A stretch of DNA of 63,984 nucleotides, filler included. It is 13 parts of 13 records of this genome, joined end to end, with 100 filler letters (N's around TTAATTAATTAA, not from the genome) between each part and the next. Parts side by side here need not be neighbours in the genome. Positions count along the whole stretch, not along the records: positions 39,271 to 47,372 come from SRR7504441_9729; positions 47,473 to 52,854 come from SRR7504441_9731; positions 52,955 to 56,947 come from SRR7504441_9732; positions 57,048 to 60,091 come from SRR7504441_9733; 9 more parts are not named here. One strand, written 5' to 3'. The position numbers were made by a program, and so were the translations under genes. Shown in pieces: positions 45,679 through 57,110 of this stretch. Within the stretch, counting starts at the first letter, position 1; the number at the start of each line of letters is the position of its first letter. The notes under the pieces were generated by a model. That model searched no databases. It was not told where the DNA came from and saw only the letters and a list, made by a program, of their open reading frames with translations.

Positions 45679-47122
45679 GATGGCCGTTGCGCGCAGCGTT
45701 GAGATGGCTCAGGCTGCAACGTTGGAGAGTCGCGTCACCGCTGCGGGGGTGCACGGCGACGCGGCCGAGGATACGGTGGCGGACATGGTGAGCATCACGC
45801 TGAGCATGCTACGCTACTCGGGCAACGACCCAGACCTCCGACAGCGGATCGCCCAGGAAGTGCGTCAGACTGGAGATCACCCGCCGCGGGCCAGGTCGCC
45901 TGCCGCCCTGGCCACCGCCCGCACCCGGGCCCCGTTCGCGACCACCTGGCTGCCGGAGCCATGCCACACCCTCCCGGAGCGGACCGAGGCCACTCGGCCC
46001 GGCTGGGGCGCCGGGCCCGGCTCGCCGCGCAAAGCTAACCCTCGGAGGGAGAGTCCGCGCAAAATGATGAAAGACTCGGACTGGGACAAGACTCTCGGCC
46101 GGTTCAAGGTGGCGAGCAAGATGAGCCAGGAGAACGTGCGGGTCCGGCAGAGGGAGATCCGGGAGGAGGAGGTCGGGACCGGGCGGCCCAGGATCAGCGG
46201 CACATCGAGGAAGATGGCCGCCGGCCAGCTGCCTATCCACTCGCCCCAGCGGTGGAAGCAGGTGCTGCAAGCCCAGAAGGAGAGCCGCGAGCAGCCGCCG
46301 CCTCAGCAGTCGCCCCGTCCGAGGCCAGTCAGTAGCAAGACCACCAAGCAGCGGACCAAAGACATGGCGGAGTGGAAGCGTGCGAGGGATGAGAAGATTG
46401 AGAAGGCCCGGCAGCTCAAGATCGAACGGGAGATGGCCACGCTCTCCCCGAGCGTGAAGGTTAATCCCAACTCGACCAAGCTAGTCCTGCAGTCTGCGTC
46501 GAAACTCAAAGGGAAGAAGAACGTCGCGACGAGGCTTTACCAAGAAGCGAAGCAACGGGACGAGCGCAGGGAGAAGCTGGCGGAGAGCGCGCACAATGCC
46601 TATGATGCGCGCGCGGACGTGGGCGAGTGCACCTTCTCGCCTAGAGTCAGCGTGGGGACTGAGAGGATTATCGCTAAGCAGGCTCACCGCGCCGCTGATG
46701 TCAGCACAAGACTGTACAGCGATGCAATTCGGCGGACGCAGTCGCCCTCGGGGGGCAAGTCCGTTGCGTCGAGCAGGCAGGCGCCCCGGGATTGGATGCT
46801 GGTAGTCAGCGATGACCCAGCGGCCCAGCCACAGTCGTACTTTCTGAATATCCACACGCAAGAGAGGCACGCGGAGTTCCCCGGGCCCGAGGACCCGTGG
46901 AAGGTGTTTTTCGAGACCGAGAATCAGAGCTGCTTTTACCATAATATCGACACCGGAGATAGCCACTGGGGTCCTCCAAATACGGCCCTGCAGCCGCCAG
47001 AGGCTTTGGACGATGATGTGGGGGCGAGCGAAGCTACTCCGTCGGCTGCGCCGGCTGTGTCTTCCCCGCAGTACTCGATGTACACTCCTCAGGCTTGTGG
47101 CAGCCCTATTGTCTGGGCTTGA
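45679..47122 (+). CDS. Basic coiled-coil protein with RLY/CTF.P motifs and two WW-like domains
   Basis: VATRLYQEA, ECTFSPRV, STRLYSDA; W...YFLNIHTQERHAEFP and WKVFF..FYHNIDTGDSHWGPP. Confidence 0.65.
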
Positions 47123-47755
47123 GAGCGTAATGCGCGCTCCCGTGACCGATTTGTGTAATTAAATCATTATCCCTTATGATTGATTGGTCGATCGAATGTA
47201 AACTGACGGTTCATGGCATCTATGCGACTGTACACTTGCAGCAACTATCGTTTTTGTCGCTCGGCTCGCAGGCCTGTGCTGTCTTGTTATCAAGGTCGTC
47301 CAGGTATTCTTGTATGGCTCTATTGGTCTCCTCCGACCAATGTGATGGGAGTAGCTAGCTCCCAGTTGGTTCNNNNNNNNNNNNNNNNNNNNNNNNNNNN
47401 NNNNNNNNNNNNNNNNTTAATTAATTAANNNNNNNNNNNNNNNNNNNNNNNNNNNNNNNNNNNNNNNNNNNNCTGTTGAATGACTTCCTAGAAAAACAAT
47501 TGTTGGTCAAGTACCGTGCAGAGCACGGCGAGCGAGTGGGAGACAGTATGCACGACGGGGCGATCAGAGAAGCCAAAGAGCAAGCCAAAGTAGAGAAAAC
47601 ATTTAACAAACCCCGGATGATCAATTAAAACTCAGCATGCATAATCCTCGCATGCGCCGTGCATTGGTCCAAGCTCTTCCGCTGTGCAGCGTATTAATTA
47701 ACGGGGTGTTTGTTGTGGCAGCGGTCGTAGAGAATCTGCTGGCCCTGCTCCGATG

Positions 47756-48625
47756 CTAGTCGGTGGCCTTCCTCTTCTTCGTCGCCTCCTCGGCCTCCTC
47801 TACGGCCATCTTGACAGCCAGGTGCAGCCCGACCAGCAGCATGTTCTTCTTGGCCTCGGCCACCTTCTCACCGTGCGGATCGTAGTCGCCATCACCCCAC
47901 TTGAGCGGGTTCCCGTCCACCACAGCCACCGCCCCGGCCCGGATCCGTCGCAGCTGGGCCACCACCAGCAGGCAGGCCGCCTCCATCTCGACACCAAGCA
48001 CGCCACACTTGGAATACAGCTCCAGCGAGCTGGGCAGCTGCCCCGGGTAGAACATATCCGACGTGAGCACCAGCCCCTGGTGGTACGTGCACCCGCGCTC
48101 CCGGCACACCTCGCTCAGCGCGCCCACCACTTGGTGGTCGGCCACGGCCGGCAGATCAGCCGGCACCACTAACTTAGTGTACCCGTCTTCACGGGCGGCT
48201 GCCGTCACCACGATCATGTCGCCTTGCGCTGCCCCGCGGTTTCAGTCGGGGCGCCGGCCGGGACGGGCACCGATCGACTCCTGGAGCGCTCCGCAAGTGC
48301 CGAGCCGGACGATACACTGGGCCCCGGCCTGGATGAGCTCCTCGAAGCAGATAGCCGCCCCAGCGCAGCCGATCCCGTGCGAGACCATCGCCAGCCGCTG
48401 GCCCTGAAAGCTCCCCACGCACGTGCGGTACTCGCGGTTGTACGCCACCTACCGGCTGCTGCTGGCCGCCGGCGCTTCGCAGGCACACACCTCCTCGGCG
48501 CTGTCGCAGAGATCGGCTATCGCAGCCACCCGGGCCGGATCGCCAGCTACTAGCACAAACGGCGGGATATCGCCCCGCTTAATCTTGAGGTGCGGTGCCA
48601 CCCAGCCATCAGCTTTGTGATCCAT
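47756..48625 (-). CDS. Uridine/purine nucleoside phosphorylase (hexameric NP-I family)
   Basis: PHLKIKRGDI..GDPARV, NREYRT, SHGIGCAG, RLGTCGAL, SDMFY, VEME. Confidence 0.9.
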
Positions 48626-48739
48626 AGTGCTCGGGCGGGGGTGACCGGCTCAAAATCCGTGTGGCCAGCAGGTTCAAGTGGCGGCCAGAGTCCAGAGGTG
48701 TGCCCACCGGAGGTGCCAGGCGGCAAGAGGAATGCAGGT

Positions 48740-49470
48740 ATGCCCGGCGGCAAGCGAAAGCGGATCGAGTTCACGCCCGAGAGCGACCGGTGGATCGTCG
48801 AGTTTGTGGCCCAGCGGAGCACCGCCGAGCTCTCGGTGGGCGGCAACCGGCTCTGGCAGGTGCCCGCGGGAGGGCCGGGCCCGCCTGAACCTGGGGCGTG
48901 CAGCTCATGGAGACCGAGGACCCGACCGGGCACAGCTGGCACAGCCTCAGGTCCCGCTACTTCAAGGTGCTCGTCCCCGAGCAGCGCCAAAAGGCCAAGC
49001 AGAAATCATCGGTCGCCCAGCTCAAAACGCTCCGGGTGAACAGCGGCCGGCGCGCGCAGGAGCCAGCGGCTGGGTCGGACCAGCCGGCCGACCCACCCGC
49101 GCAGGCCCCAGAGGATGACGCCGCAGGGCGCGACCCGGTCAGCCAGCGCGAGGATCCGGAGCCCCAAGCGGTGATGAGCGATGCCGACAAGCGGCGCGCA
49201 GTCCGCAGCCTGTGCCAAATCACCGATTTCCCGCTGCCGGTGGTAGTTCACGCGCTGATCGTGCAGTCAGGGGACGCCTGCAGGGCCTTGGAGTACCTGC
49301 AGCGGCGGCCATCTGAGCTGGAGTGTGTGCCCTGGTCGCACACAGAGGACGAGCTGTTATTGATGGATAATCACGACAAGAGCTCAAAGGCGCAATTCAA
49401 AGCGTTGATCCAGAAGAGGGGCCGTTCAGCAGTGGAGGAGCGAATGGAATGGCTGGAGAGCTTTGAATGA
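48740..49470 (+). CDS. RAP1: Telomeric Rap1 homolog (Myb + RCT)
   Basis: RIEFTPESD..GGNRLWQ|LMETE..HSWHSLRSRYFKVL (Rap1 Myb); VVHALIVQSGD..A..YL..PWSHTEDELL..RG...VEERMEWL (Rap1_C). Confidence 0.82.
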
Positions 49471-49961
49471 CCTAGTAACACATCCCTCTCTAATTTCAGT
49501 TAGACTTTGTGACGGCCTCCATGTTCACCATGGCTCTCGGCGTACGATGATCAGGCGACGCAGATCACGTTCATCAGGGTCAAGACTGAACAGGCCAGAG
49601 ATCTCGTGACGCATTTCAGCCCGTGTTTTATAGTAGTCGTGTGCATTTGAGCATTCCCTTTCAAATTATAAATTGTACTTTTAGAGCGTCTTTCACTTCC
49701 AAAATACTTGATATATAATTTGATTGATTGAATCAAAATATTATCAAACTATTTTATTGCTCAAGACTTAGAGAGGTCTTGACGCAATGTCATCTACATG
49801 ACCTCTCCAAGCCGTGCTCGACTTTCGATACTACTCGTTGGGACTTTCGACTCGACTCGACCCTTGGAAGCGGCCATCGTCTTGAACACTACTAGTAAGT
49901 CTTGAACACATGCAGCTATTTGTAGCATGCGCACCCATAGACTGTTTCGATCGGCAGGTGC

Positions 49962-51817
49962 TCAAATCACGACCTCTCCTGCAAGCACAACCGTGGCCCG
50001 CCCGCCAAAGTGCACTCGCTGGTTATCCAAGTCCACTTGCACTATCCCGGCGCCCATCCGCTCCGAGCAATGGAGAGCAGTCAAGTGGCTTACCTGCAGC
50101 TGGGCTGCCCAGTAGGGTCCCAACGCTGCGTGAGCCTCGCAGTGGGCGGCAGGCTCGACCGGATATTCCCACGGCGCAAAGTAGCTGCCACAGCCCGATC
50201 ACACCCGCAGCTGGCACCAGCATCACCGGGAGCAGTATTTATATGTATCGCGGGTTTCGTCGGTAAGACGCGGGCAGAAGGTAGTCACGCACACCCCACA
50301 AAACTCCATCTGATTGGCCACGGCCTCCTTGGCTTCGTTGAGCTTATATGCGTCCACTTGCAGCCGCTCTAGCGCCTTGTCATTTCCGTCTGAGAGCTGC
50401 CCTGGCTCAGCATAGGCCACACCGGGCAGCCACCCTGATGATCAGCAGCTTGGTCGACTCGCAGGTCATCACGGCCTCAACTGGCAGCTGTCCGACTGCA
50501 GCCCGGATCACTGGGCTTGCCACCTGTCCGGGCTCGAGCTGCAGGCGCGGCCAGGCACCGGGAGCATCTTCTCAGGCAGTGGCGTCACAGGGTGAGACGG
50601 CATCTCTAGCAGCAGGCATGGGCTCGGATCAATGCTAAGCCGGTTCACAACCTGCCGCCCTGGTCAGCTCGGCTGGCCTGATAACGGGATGCCTGTCTGC
50701 CAAACGCCGTTTCGAAATGAATCGTCGACGATCTGTTGTGGTGCGCATCAGACAACACTGCTGCTGCAGCCAGCGTGGAATGGCAGTAGCCGCTCAGCTC
50801 CCCTGCAGGCGAGAACCACCTCAACTCAAACACGTCCGACCCCACGAACGTGTCGGCCTTGGTCAGAAGCCGGACAAATACCGTCTCACATATGTTCCGC
50901 TCGCCAGCCAGCCGGAGCATGGTGGACGTGAGCATCGGAGCGGATAGCGGGTGGCTGGCCGGGAGTGCCTCAGCCTCCTGCTTGGAGACTGGGATCATGA
51001 TCACCGCGGCCGGGCTGCCAGTGAACGGCACGCTGCTGAACACGTCCACCTGGAACATGTCGAGCTGACTCCTCCCACTCGCTGTGTAGTAGTCACACAG
51101 CCCCGGCCACAGCTCAGCGACCGGCTCCTGCGGGGCCTTGGCGCGCTTGGGATGCACGGCCGGCGCCATGTTGTCGGTGTATCCGCAGGTCCAACCCTTG
51201 TGGTGCTTGGCGGTCCCTCGGGCGACCTGGCACATGCATTGTACATTGAGCCCGTGCAGCTTGCAGAATTGAACTAGTGAGATGTCTGATGGGTTGAACA
51301 ATTCTCCCCCCGGGCTCTTGGCCCAGAACCCTTTGGGCGTCCGCCCCCGCTTCTTCGGCAGCTGTGCGCGCACATCCACCTTTGACACTTGCATCTCGGC
51401 CGCTGCGACCAACGCCAGCGTCTGGGGCGGTGGCAAGTCTATCGGCTCGATCGGCGGCATGGCTGTGTTGCTGCCCGACTCCAGGTCCAAGAATCCGCAA
51501 CGGTAACCCCTGTGCCCCTGGCTGTGCCCGAGCGCGGTCAGGTACATGACTGCGGTCACCAGGTCCCTCGTCTCGCAGTATTGGTTCAACGGCTCGTTCG
51601 GGGTTTGCCGCGGCTCATCCGGTGGCTCAACCCAGTACGGCCGGTTCGCCGGGTCGTATGCACAGGGCGGCGGGAAGCGCGGCGGGGCGCTTTGGTTTGG
51701 GGTGGGCTCGAGCGGTTGGGTGGGTTTGACTGGACTGGATTTGGTTGGCAGCGAGGAAGGCTCGGGCGGGAGCTCTGCAGCAGGAGTGGCCCGAGCGGAG
51801 CGGCGAACCATCGGCAC
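49962..51817 (-). CDS. PhzF/PBLD-family protein with N-terminal AT-hook and homing-endonuclease-like DNA-binding domain
   Basis: FQVDVFSSVPFTGSPAAV, NICETVF, ELRWFSPAGE, SR|YFAPW, LGPYWA, VHFGGRATVVLAGEVVI*; upstream KKRGRTPK and SPGGE..FCKLHGLN..M..VARG...HHKGWTC. Confidence 0.82.
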
Positions 51818-52014
51818 AGAGGGCGAGCTGCCGCTGCTGGTTACGCGACCGTCGGCCCTTGTGTTGGAGCCGTCACCAGCGCAGACGGGTGCGCAATTCG
51901 CACAGGATGATGGAGATCGCCAACGGAAGATCTAGCCTCTTCTGAGAGCACAGCGTACCAGCGTGACCTCTGGTGTTGTTGGTTGGTGGCGAGCAAATTG
52001 CCGGGTCTCGCATC

Positions 52015-52854
52015 ATGCAGCGCTGTGACGAGCCAGCCGGAGCCACTTGATTGACCGGTGGACAGACGAAGATTGGGTGGTGCGGAACAACAGCCTGGTT
52101 GAGAAGCTGTGCGCCCGGGGGGGGACGGCCGGTCACTGGCGGGCAGCGAGGGCCTGGCGCACACCCTTTTCTTCCTATCACCCACCCGGATCCGCGACTC
52201 CGAAATCAGGACTGAGAGCAGTGGGCCGCCGCCGGGCTGCCGGGCGCTCAGTGCATCGGGCAGTGTATACAGCGGTCAATCTGATCTCTCTGTACCACGA
52301 GCACATCCGACACAAGCGGCACCTGGCCAGCACCCGGCTGGGGGGCGTCAAGCTCACAATGCTCCGGGGCCTCCAGCTGGCCGAAGTTATGATAGAGATG
52401 AGCACCATTGTGCTCGTCGGGCACGGCAAACAGAAGTGGCGGGTGATTGCGGCGGTCGAGCTGGCCAAGTCCCATGCCGCCCTAGGCTCGAGCGCTCTCT
52501 CAGCCCTGGGGGCAGGATGGCGCTCCGGCTGGCAATATTGAAGGAGCGGTCGGGTTCGATGATCATTGAGCAGGTGGCTCACGACCCTGCAGACTTCGGC
52601 GCCTCAAAGCCACCGCCCGACCCCCTCCAGGGCACCCCTCAGCAATAGGCCTGCTCACTGGCCGGCAGCCATAGCCAGTCGGCGGTTCGGCGAGACGGCG
52701 CAGCTGGTCGGCCGGCGGTCGGGCGTCACTTTCCAATCCAGGAACAGGACCGGTGCTGCCCGGCCGGCCCCCCAGCTGGTGCTGGCGGAGATACTCTACA
52801 TCCTGCGGCCGGTGGCATACTGTGAGTGGTCTGCTGTGAGAGGAGGAATGAGCG
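52015..52854 (+). CDS. PEX16: Peroxin 16, 3' truncated
   Basis: Spliced MQRYEDWVVRNNSLVEKLE..DSEIRTESMYTAVNLISLYHEHI..EVMIEM..KWRVIAAVELAK..AEILYILRPVAY. Confidence 0.88.
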
Positions 52855-53092
52855 NNNNNNNNNNNNNNNNNNNNNNNNNNNNNNNNNNNNNNNNNNNNTT
52901 AATTAATTAANNNNNNNNNNNNNNNNNNNNNNNNNNNNNNNNNNNNNNNNNNNNCTACTCTACGTACTCGCTCTACTGGCGTCTGACGGCTACAAGGACA
53001 AAGTTAACTCTGCTGAGGATGAGCACTTAGTGCGGAAGACAGATTCAGTATAGGCATAATTAATACGAATCAGTATAGTGCAAATTTAAGAT

Positions 53093-54087
53093 TTAAGCTA
53101 GTGCGCATTGCCGATGAGCCTCGGTCAATGAACCTAGGCCTAATCGCTCGGCCTCGTCTACACTGACCGGCCGGCTTTCAGTAAGCTTGGTCTGGAGGTG
53201 AAATTGTGATTGTGAACCAACGCTCCAGCTGACGTTGAGCCTGATCGTGCCCGCATCGGCAAAGTCAGCCCCCTGAAACTTCTTGTAGGTCACTATCCTG
53301 GCACCGCGCTTCAATCCTCGAGCCCGGGCAGATAGCTGACTCATGGTCGCCTCCGAGAACATCACCGAGTCGCTGAACACAATATCAGCCGCAGAGAAGT
53401 CAAGCTTTGTGAAGGAGCCCGATTGTAGCCTCAGCACCGATGAGGCCGAGCGGGGGGGCCGCATCCGGGCCAGTCGAGCCACGGCCGCACAAGATGCATT
53501 GAAACGCCGGTCCAGGAGCTCGATCCCGAGCCCACGGAGCCCGACTGCCCAGGCCAGCACCGATGACTTGCCGCCACCAGCTCCTAAATCGACGTACACC
53601 TCCCCCGGTCGGGCACGGACCGCCTTAAAGATCTGCAGGAAACCTTCGTTGCTGAGCTGCAAGGAACACACCATGAGTCCGGTGACAACTTTAAACAGCT
53701 TACCTCACCGTAGACGAACTCGCGCCGTGCCTGACGGTGTTGCAGAGCTTCCTGGCCCTGCTCGTTGAGCCGGCTGATTTCCCGCTCCTGGGCTCCGTTG
53801 AGCAGGCCTTTCGGCTGGGAGGCGTAGACAGTCTCGAGCAGTGCCAGCACCGCTTTCGGATCGTAGTCCAGCTCCCCCGGTGGCGGTGCAGTTGGCCTCT
53901 GCTCATCGTAGCGTGCCGCACCACGTTCCGCGCCAGCGCGGGCCCGAAGCTCATCAGTGTGGATCGCGAGGCTCGAAACTCGTGGCTTGGGCTGCGACTG
54001 GCCAGGAACTAGGAGACACCAGCACAGCACACCCAGCAGCACGACCGAGAACAGCGCGTGCTGCTGCGAACTGCTGAACGCCCGCAT
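53093..54087 (-). CDS. DOT1-like class I SAM methyltransferase with N-terminal signal anchor
   Basis: FVYGE|LSNEGF, YVDLGAGGGK, GIEL, GSF, ADIVF, LKRGARIVT, VSWS; TM ALFSVVLLGVLCWCLLV. Confidence 0.75.
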
Positions 54088-54253
54088 CGACTTTGGCTGT
54101 GCTCCCACGGCGTGCTCCTCGAGCCCGCGCAAAGGAGGCGAAAAACAAACCGCCGGCTGCGGACGACGGCTCGAGAGGTCGAGCGCCACTACCTGCGCTA
54201 ACTCGCAGCGGACGCGGCTGCATTCATTGCGCCGGCCAGAGAAGCGGCTTGCA

Positions 54254-56913
54254 ATGGTGAAACTTCTGATCGTGGGCGACGTCTGTGGCCAGCTCGAGAC
54301 CATGTACAAGAAGGCCAGCGCTGTCAACAGCAAGCATGGCCCGTTCGACGCCGTGCTCTGCGTCGGGGACTTCCTCGGGTGCCCAGTCAATCGGCCGGCC
54401 GGCGAGCCCGGTGGCTGCAGATCGGACCAGGCCGCGCTGACTGCGTACACGAGTGGCGAAAAGAAAGGTGCGGGACGCGCTGCGGCAACCGTGTTAGCCC
54501 GGGGTGCAGTCCCGCTGACGACCTACATCATCGGCGGCCCGCAGCCACCAGCATTCCTGCTGACTGAAGATGACTGCCACGACGGCAAGCAACTGTGTGA
54601 TGGGATTATCTACCTCGGTACCCGGCCGCCGCCAATACAGTTGCGGCTCACCGCTGCTGCAGGCCGAGCTGGCACCAAGAGAGTGGCCGGGCTCAGTGTG
54701 GCGTACCTCTCGGGCGGGCCGGACGTGTCCGGGTTCGAGGTGGACCGCCTGCCGTGCCGCCCGAGCCTGGGGGCCAGGAGCACGCCCGCACCCTCCAGAA
54801 GAGTCTAGAGGCCGACGGGACTGACATTTTGCTCAGTTCAGTTTGGCCTGGATCCGTGCTGCGGCATGTCAGGTGCTCGTGCCGCTGTGCACGGATGCGA
54901 ATGGGCTGGCCAGCGCGACCCAGATCACAGGCCCAGTAGCCGAGGCGGGCACAGCAGGGCATGCAGCTGTGGCCCAGGCCGCTGGGCTGATCGAGCCTCG
55001 CTACCACTTTGCTGGGGGGAGTGGGGTCTTTTTCCAGCGCTCGGTGTTTGTGCCACTCGGCCAGGGCCTCAGGCTGGGTGCAGCCCTACAAGAATTTGAT
55101 CTCGGAAGGCGTCACCAGGTTTATCTCGCTGGGCAAGGTGTCGCTCTGCCCAGGTGCCCGGCGCGAGCATTGGCACAGGTCTCTGAAGGGGCTGGGCCCA
55201 AGTGGATCCACGCTCTGGTGCTCAAGCCGCGCTCACAGATGGAGGCCTCCGAGCTGGCTGCGGTGACTCATCCGGGCCGTGCGATTGCTCAGCCTGGTTG
55301 GGTCAGATTCCCAACAACACGACCGGCTCACCTTATGCTTCGGGGGCCGATCAGCAGGAGCAGGCTCCACCAGGCAGCCTCACTTGCTCTGTTGCTCTTA
55401 TCTCTGGGCAGCCAAGCGAGCCAAGACTGTCGCGGCAGCCCCGCCACCCCAGCCGTTTGGCGTTAGTACCTTCCAACCTGCAGTCCAGCGCTGGGCTATG
55501 CCTCAAGATCAAGGCATTGGGTACAGCCAGGGCAGTAGCCGCAGATCGGAAGGTGTGCGCTGGTGCAACAGCCAACTGAGCTTAGAGCAGCTGGGCCGAA
55601 GCCAGCCGGGATAAAGGAGATCTTTGTGGGGAACCTGTCGTTTAAGCTGGACGATGGCGACCTGGGCGCCGCGTTCCTGCAGTCAGAGCTTGGTGTTAGG
55701 TTGAACCTGAGCCGGGCGTGGCAGGTGTGGCGACATAGTGTCAGTTCAAATAGCCACCGACCCATCCACAGGAAGATCAAAAGGGTGAACTGTGTCCAGC
55801 GTCTAAAGGCGCTGAACAAGCTTGCAGGCATGGTTGGGTCGAATTCGCCACCGAGGAATCCGCTGAGAAGGCTATGGGGATGAACGGGTGACAAGCTGCA
55901 TTCGGGTCGTGGTATTCAGTGCCGGCCAGGTTTGAGATCGGTGGTCGGCCCATCAGACTGGATTGGGGCAAGGGTGCCAACTTTGGCGGCTCGGGGGGCG
56001 GGCCTCCCCCAGCCTGCTGGTTCTGCCTCAGCAATCCCCAGATCGAAGACCATCTCATTGTGAGTGTTGGAGCATTAAGCTACGTTGCGCTTGCCAAAGG
56101 TGACTCGGGCCAGGGTGAGCGCGCTCCAATGCCTGGCCACAGGTGGGATAGTGCCAGATCACGTGCTGGTCATACCAATCCAGCACATCCCCTGTGCCAG
56201 TGAGATCGCAGCATCCGTGGAAGACGAGATCGAAAAATACAAGCAGGTGCTAGTGGCTTGGGTCAGGCTACAACTGCTAACTGGTGGACAGGCGCTCAGC
56301 AAAATGTGGCGCAGCGAAGGGCGCGAAATGGTGGCATACGAGCGGCACATTGTGATGCGAAATGCAGAGCACTTTCACGTGCAGGCAGGCCGGGACCGGC
56401 TCCGCAGGCTGAGCACCGCTTGCAGGTTGTTCCGGTCCCAGCAGATCTAGCATCCCAGGTCATCCCAGCATTCCGAAACCATCCCGCCTCACTCCGCTTT
56501 GAGGAATCGGACCAGCTTCGCCCAGACGGGTCAGCCCAGCCCATAGAGTTGGCTGGCTGTGGTGGAGCAATAGACGCAGCTCAGCTCAGCTCTGCTTTGC
56601 GACAGGCCCGGGTTTTCTGTTGAGGCTGCCGGCCAAGTGGTGGTGCATCACAAGGTCAGCAACATACCCATGCAGCTAGGCAGAGAGGTGCTCCAGCGAC
56701 TATGTAACACCAACATGACAAATTTTCTGTAGGTTCTTGCGGATTTGCTGGGGATGCCTGAGCGTGCTAACTGGAAACAATGTGCTCTCTCAAAGGTTGG
56801 CCTGTTGTCTATGCATTCTTCTCTGAGAACAGTTCTGCTTTCAGGATGAGGAAAGCAAAGTCGCTGAATCCTTCAAAGCAGCTTTTGCGAAGTTTGATCC
56901 ATTTGCAGAGTAA
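54254..56913 (+). CDS. CWF19L1: CWF19-like protein 1 (metallophosphoesterase-like N-terminus, RRM, CwfJ C-terminus)
   Basis: KLLIVGDVCGQ..GPFDAVLCVGDF, EPRYHFAG, IFVGNLSF, CWFCLSNP..HLIVSVG, HVLVIPIQH, HFHVQ|VVPVP, F.KFDPF. Confidence 0.9.
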
Positions 56914-57047
56914 GGATGACGGTCCTAGCTGAGAAAGACTGACGCCANNNNNNNNNNNNNNNNNNNNNNNNNNNNNNNNNNNNNNNNNNNNTTAATTAAT
57001 TAANNNNNNNNNNNNNNNNNNNNNNNNNNNNNNNNNNNNNNNNNNNN

Positions 57048-57110
57048 CTTGCCTATTTAGGGAATAATGGGGCGTCATGCTTGCCTGATTAGGGAATGAG
57101 CGGGTTGCAG
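57048..57110 (+). mobile_element. Repeated intron, family B (partial, contig edge)
   Basis: CTTGCCTATTTAGGGAA..GGCGTCATG..CTTGCCTGATTAGGGAA..CAG. Confidence 0.6.

Noticed and set aside
49500-49910. Short inverted repeats (TCAAGAC..GTCTTGA, GAGAGGTC..GACCTCTC) and a roadblock-like or snoRNA-like stretch between RAP1 and the PhzF gene
   Set aside because: Arms are only 7-8 nt, there is no convincing start codon or intact box pair, and I cannot distinguish it from chance.
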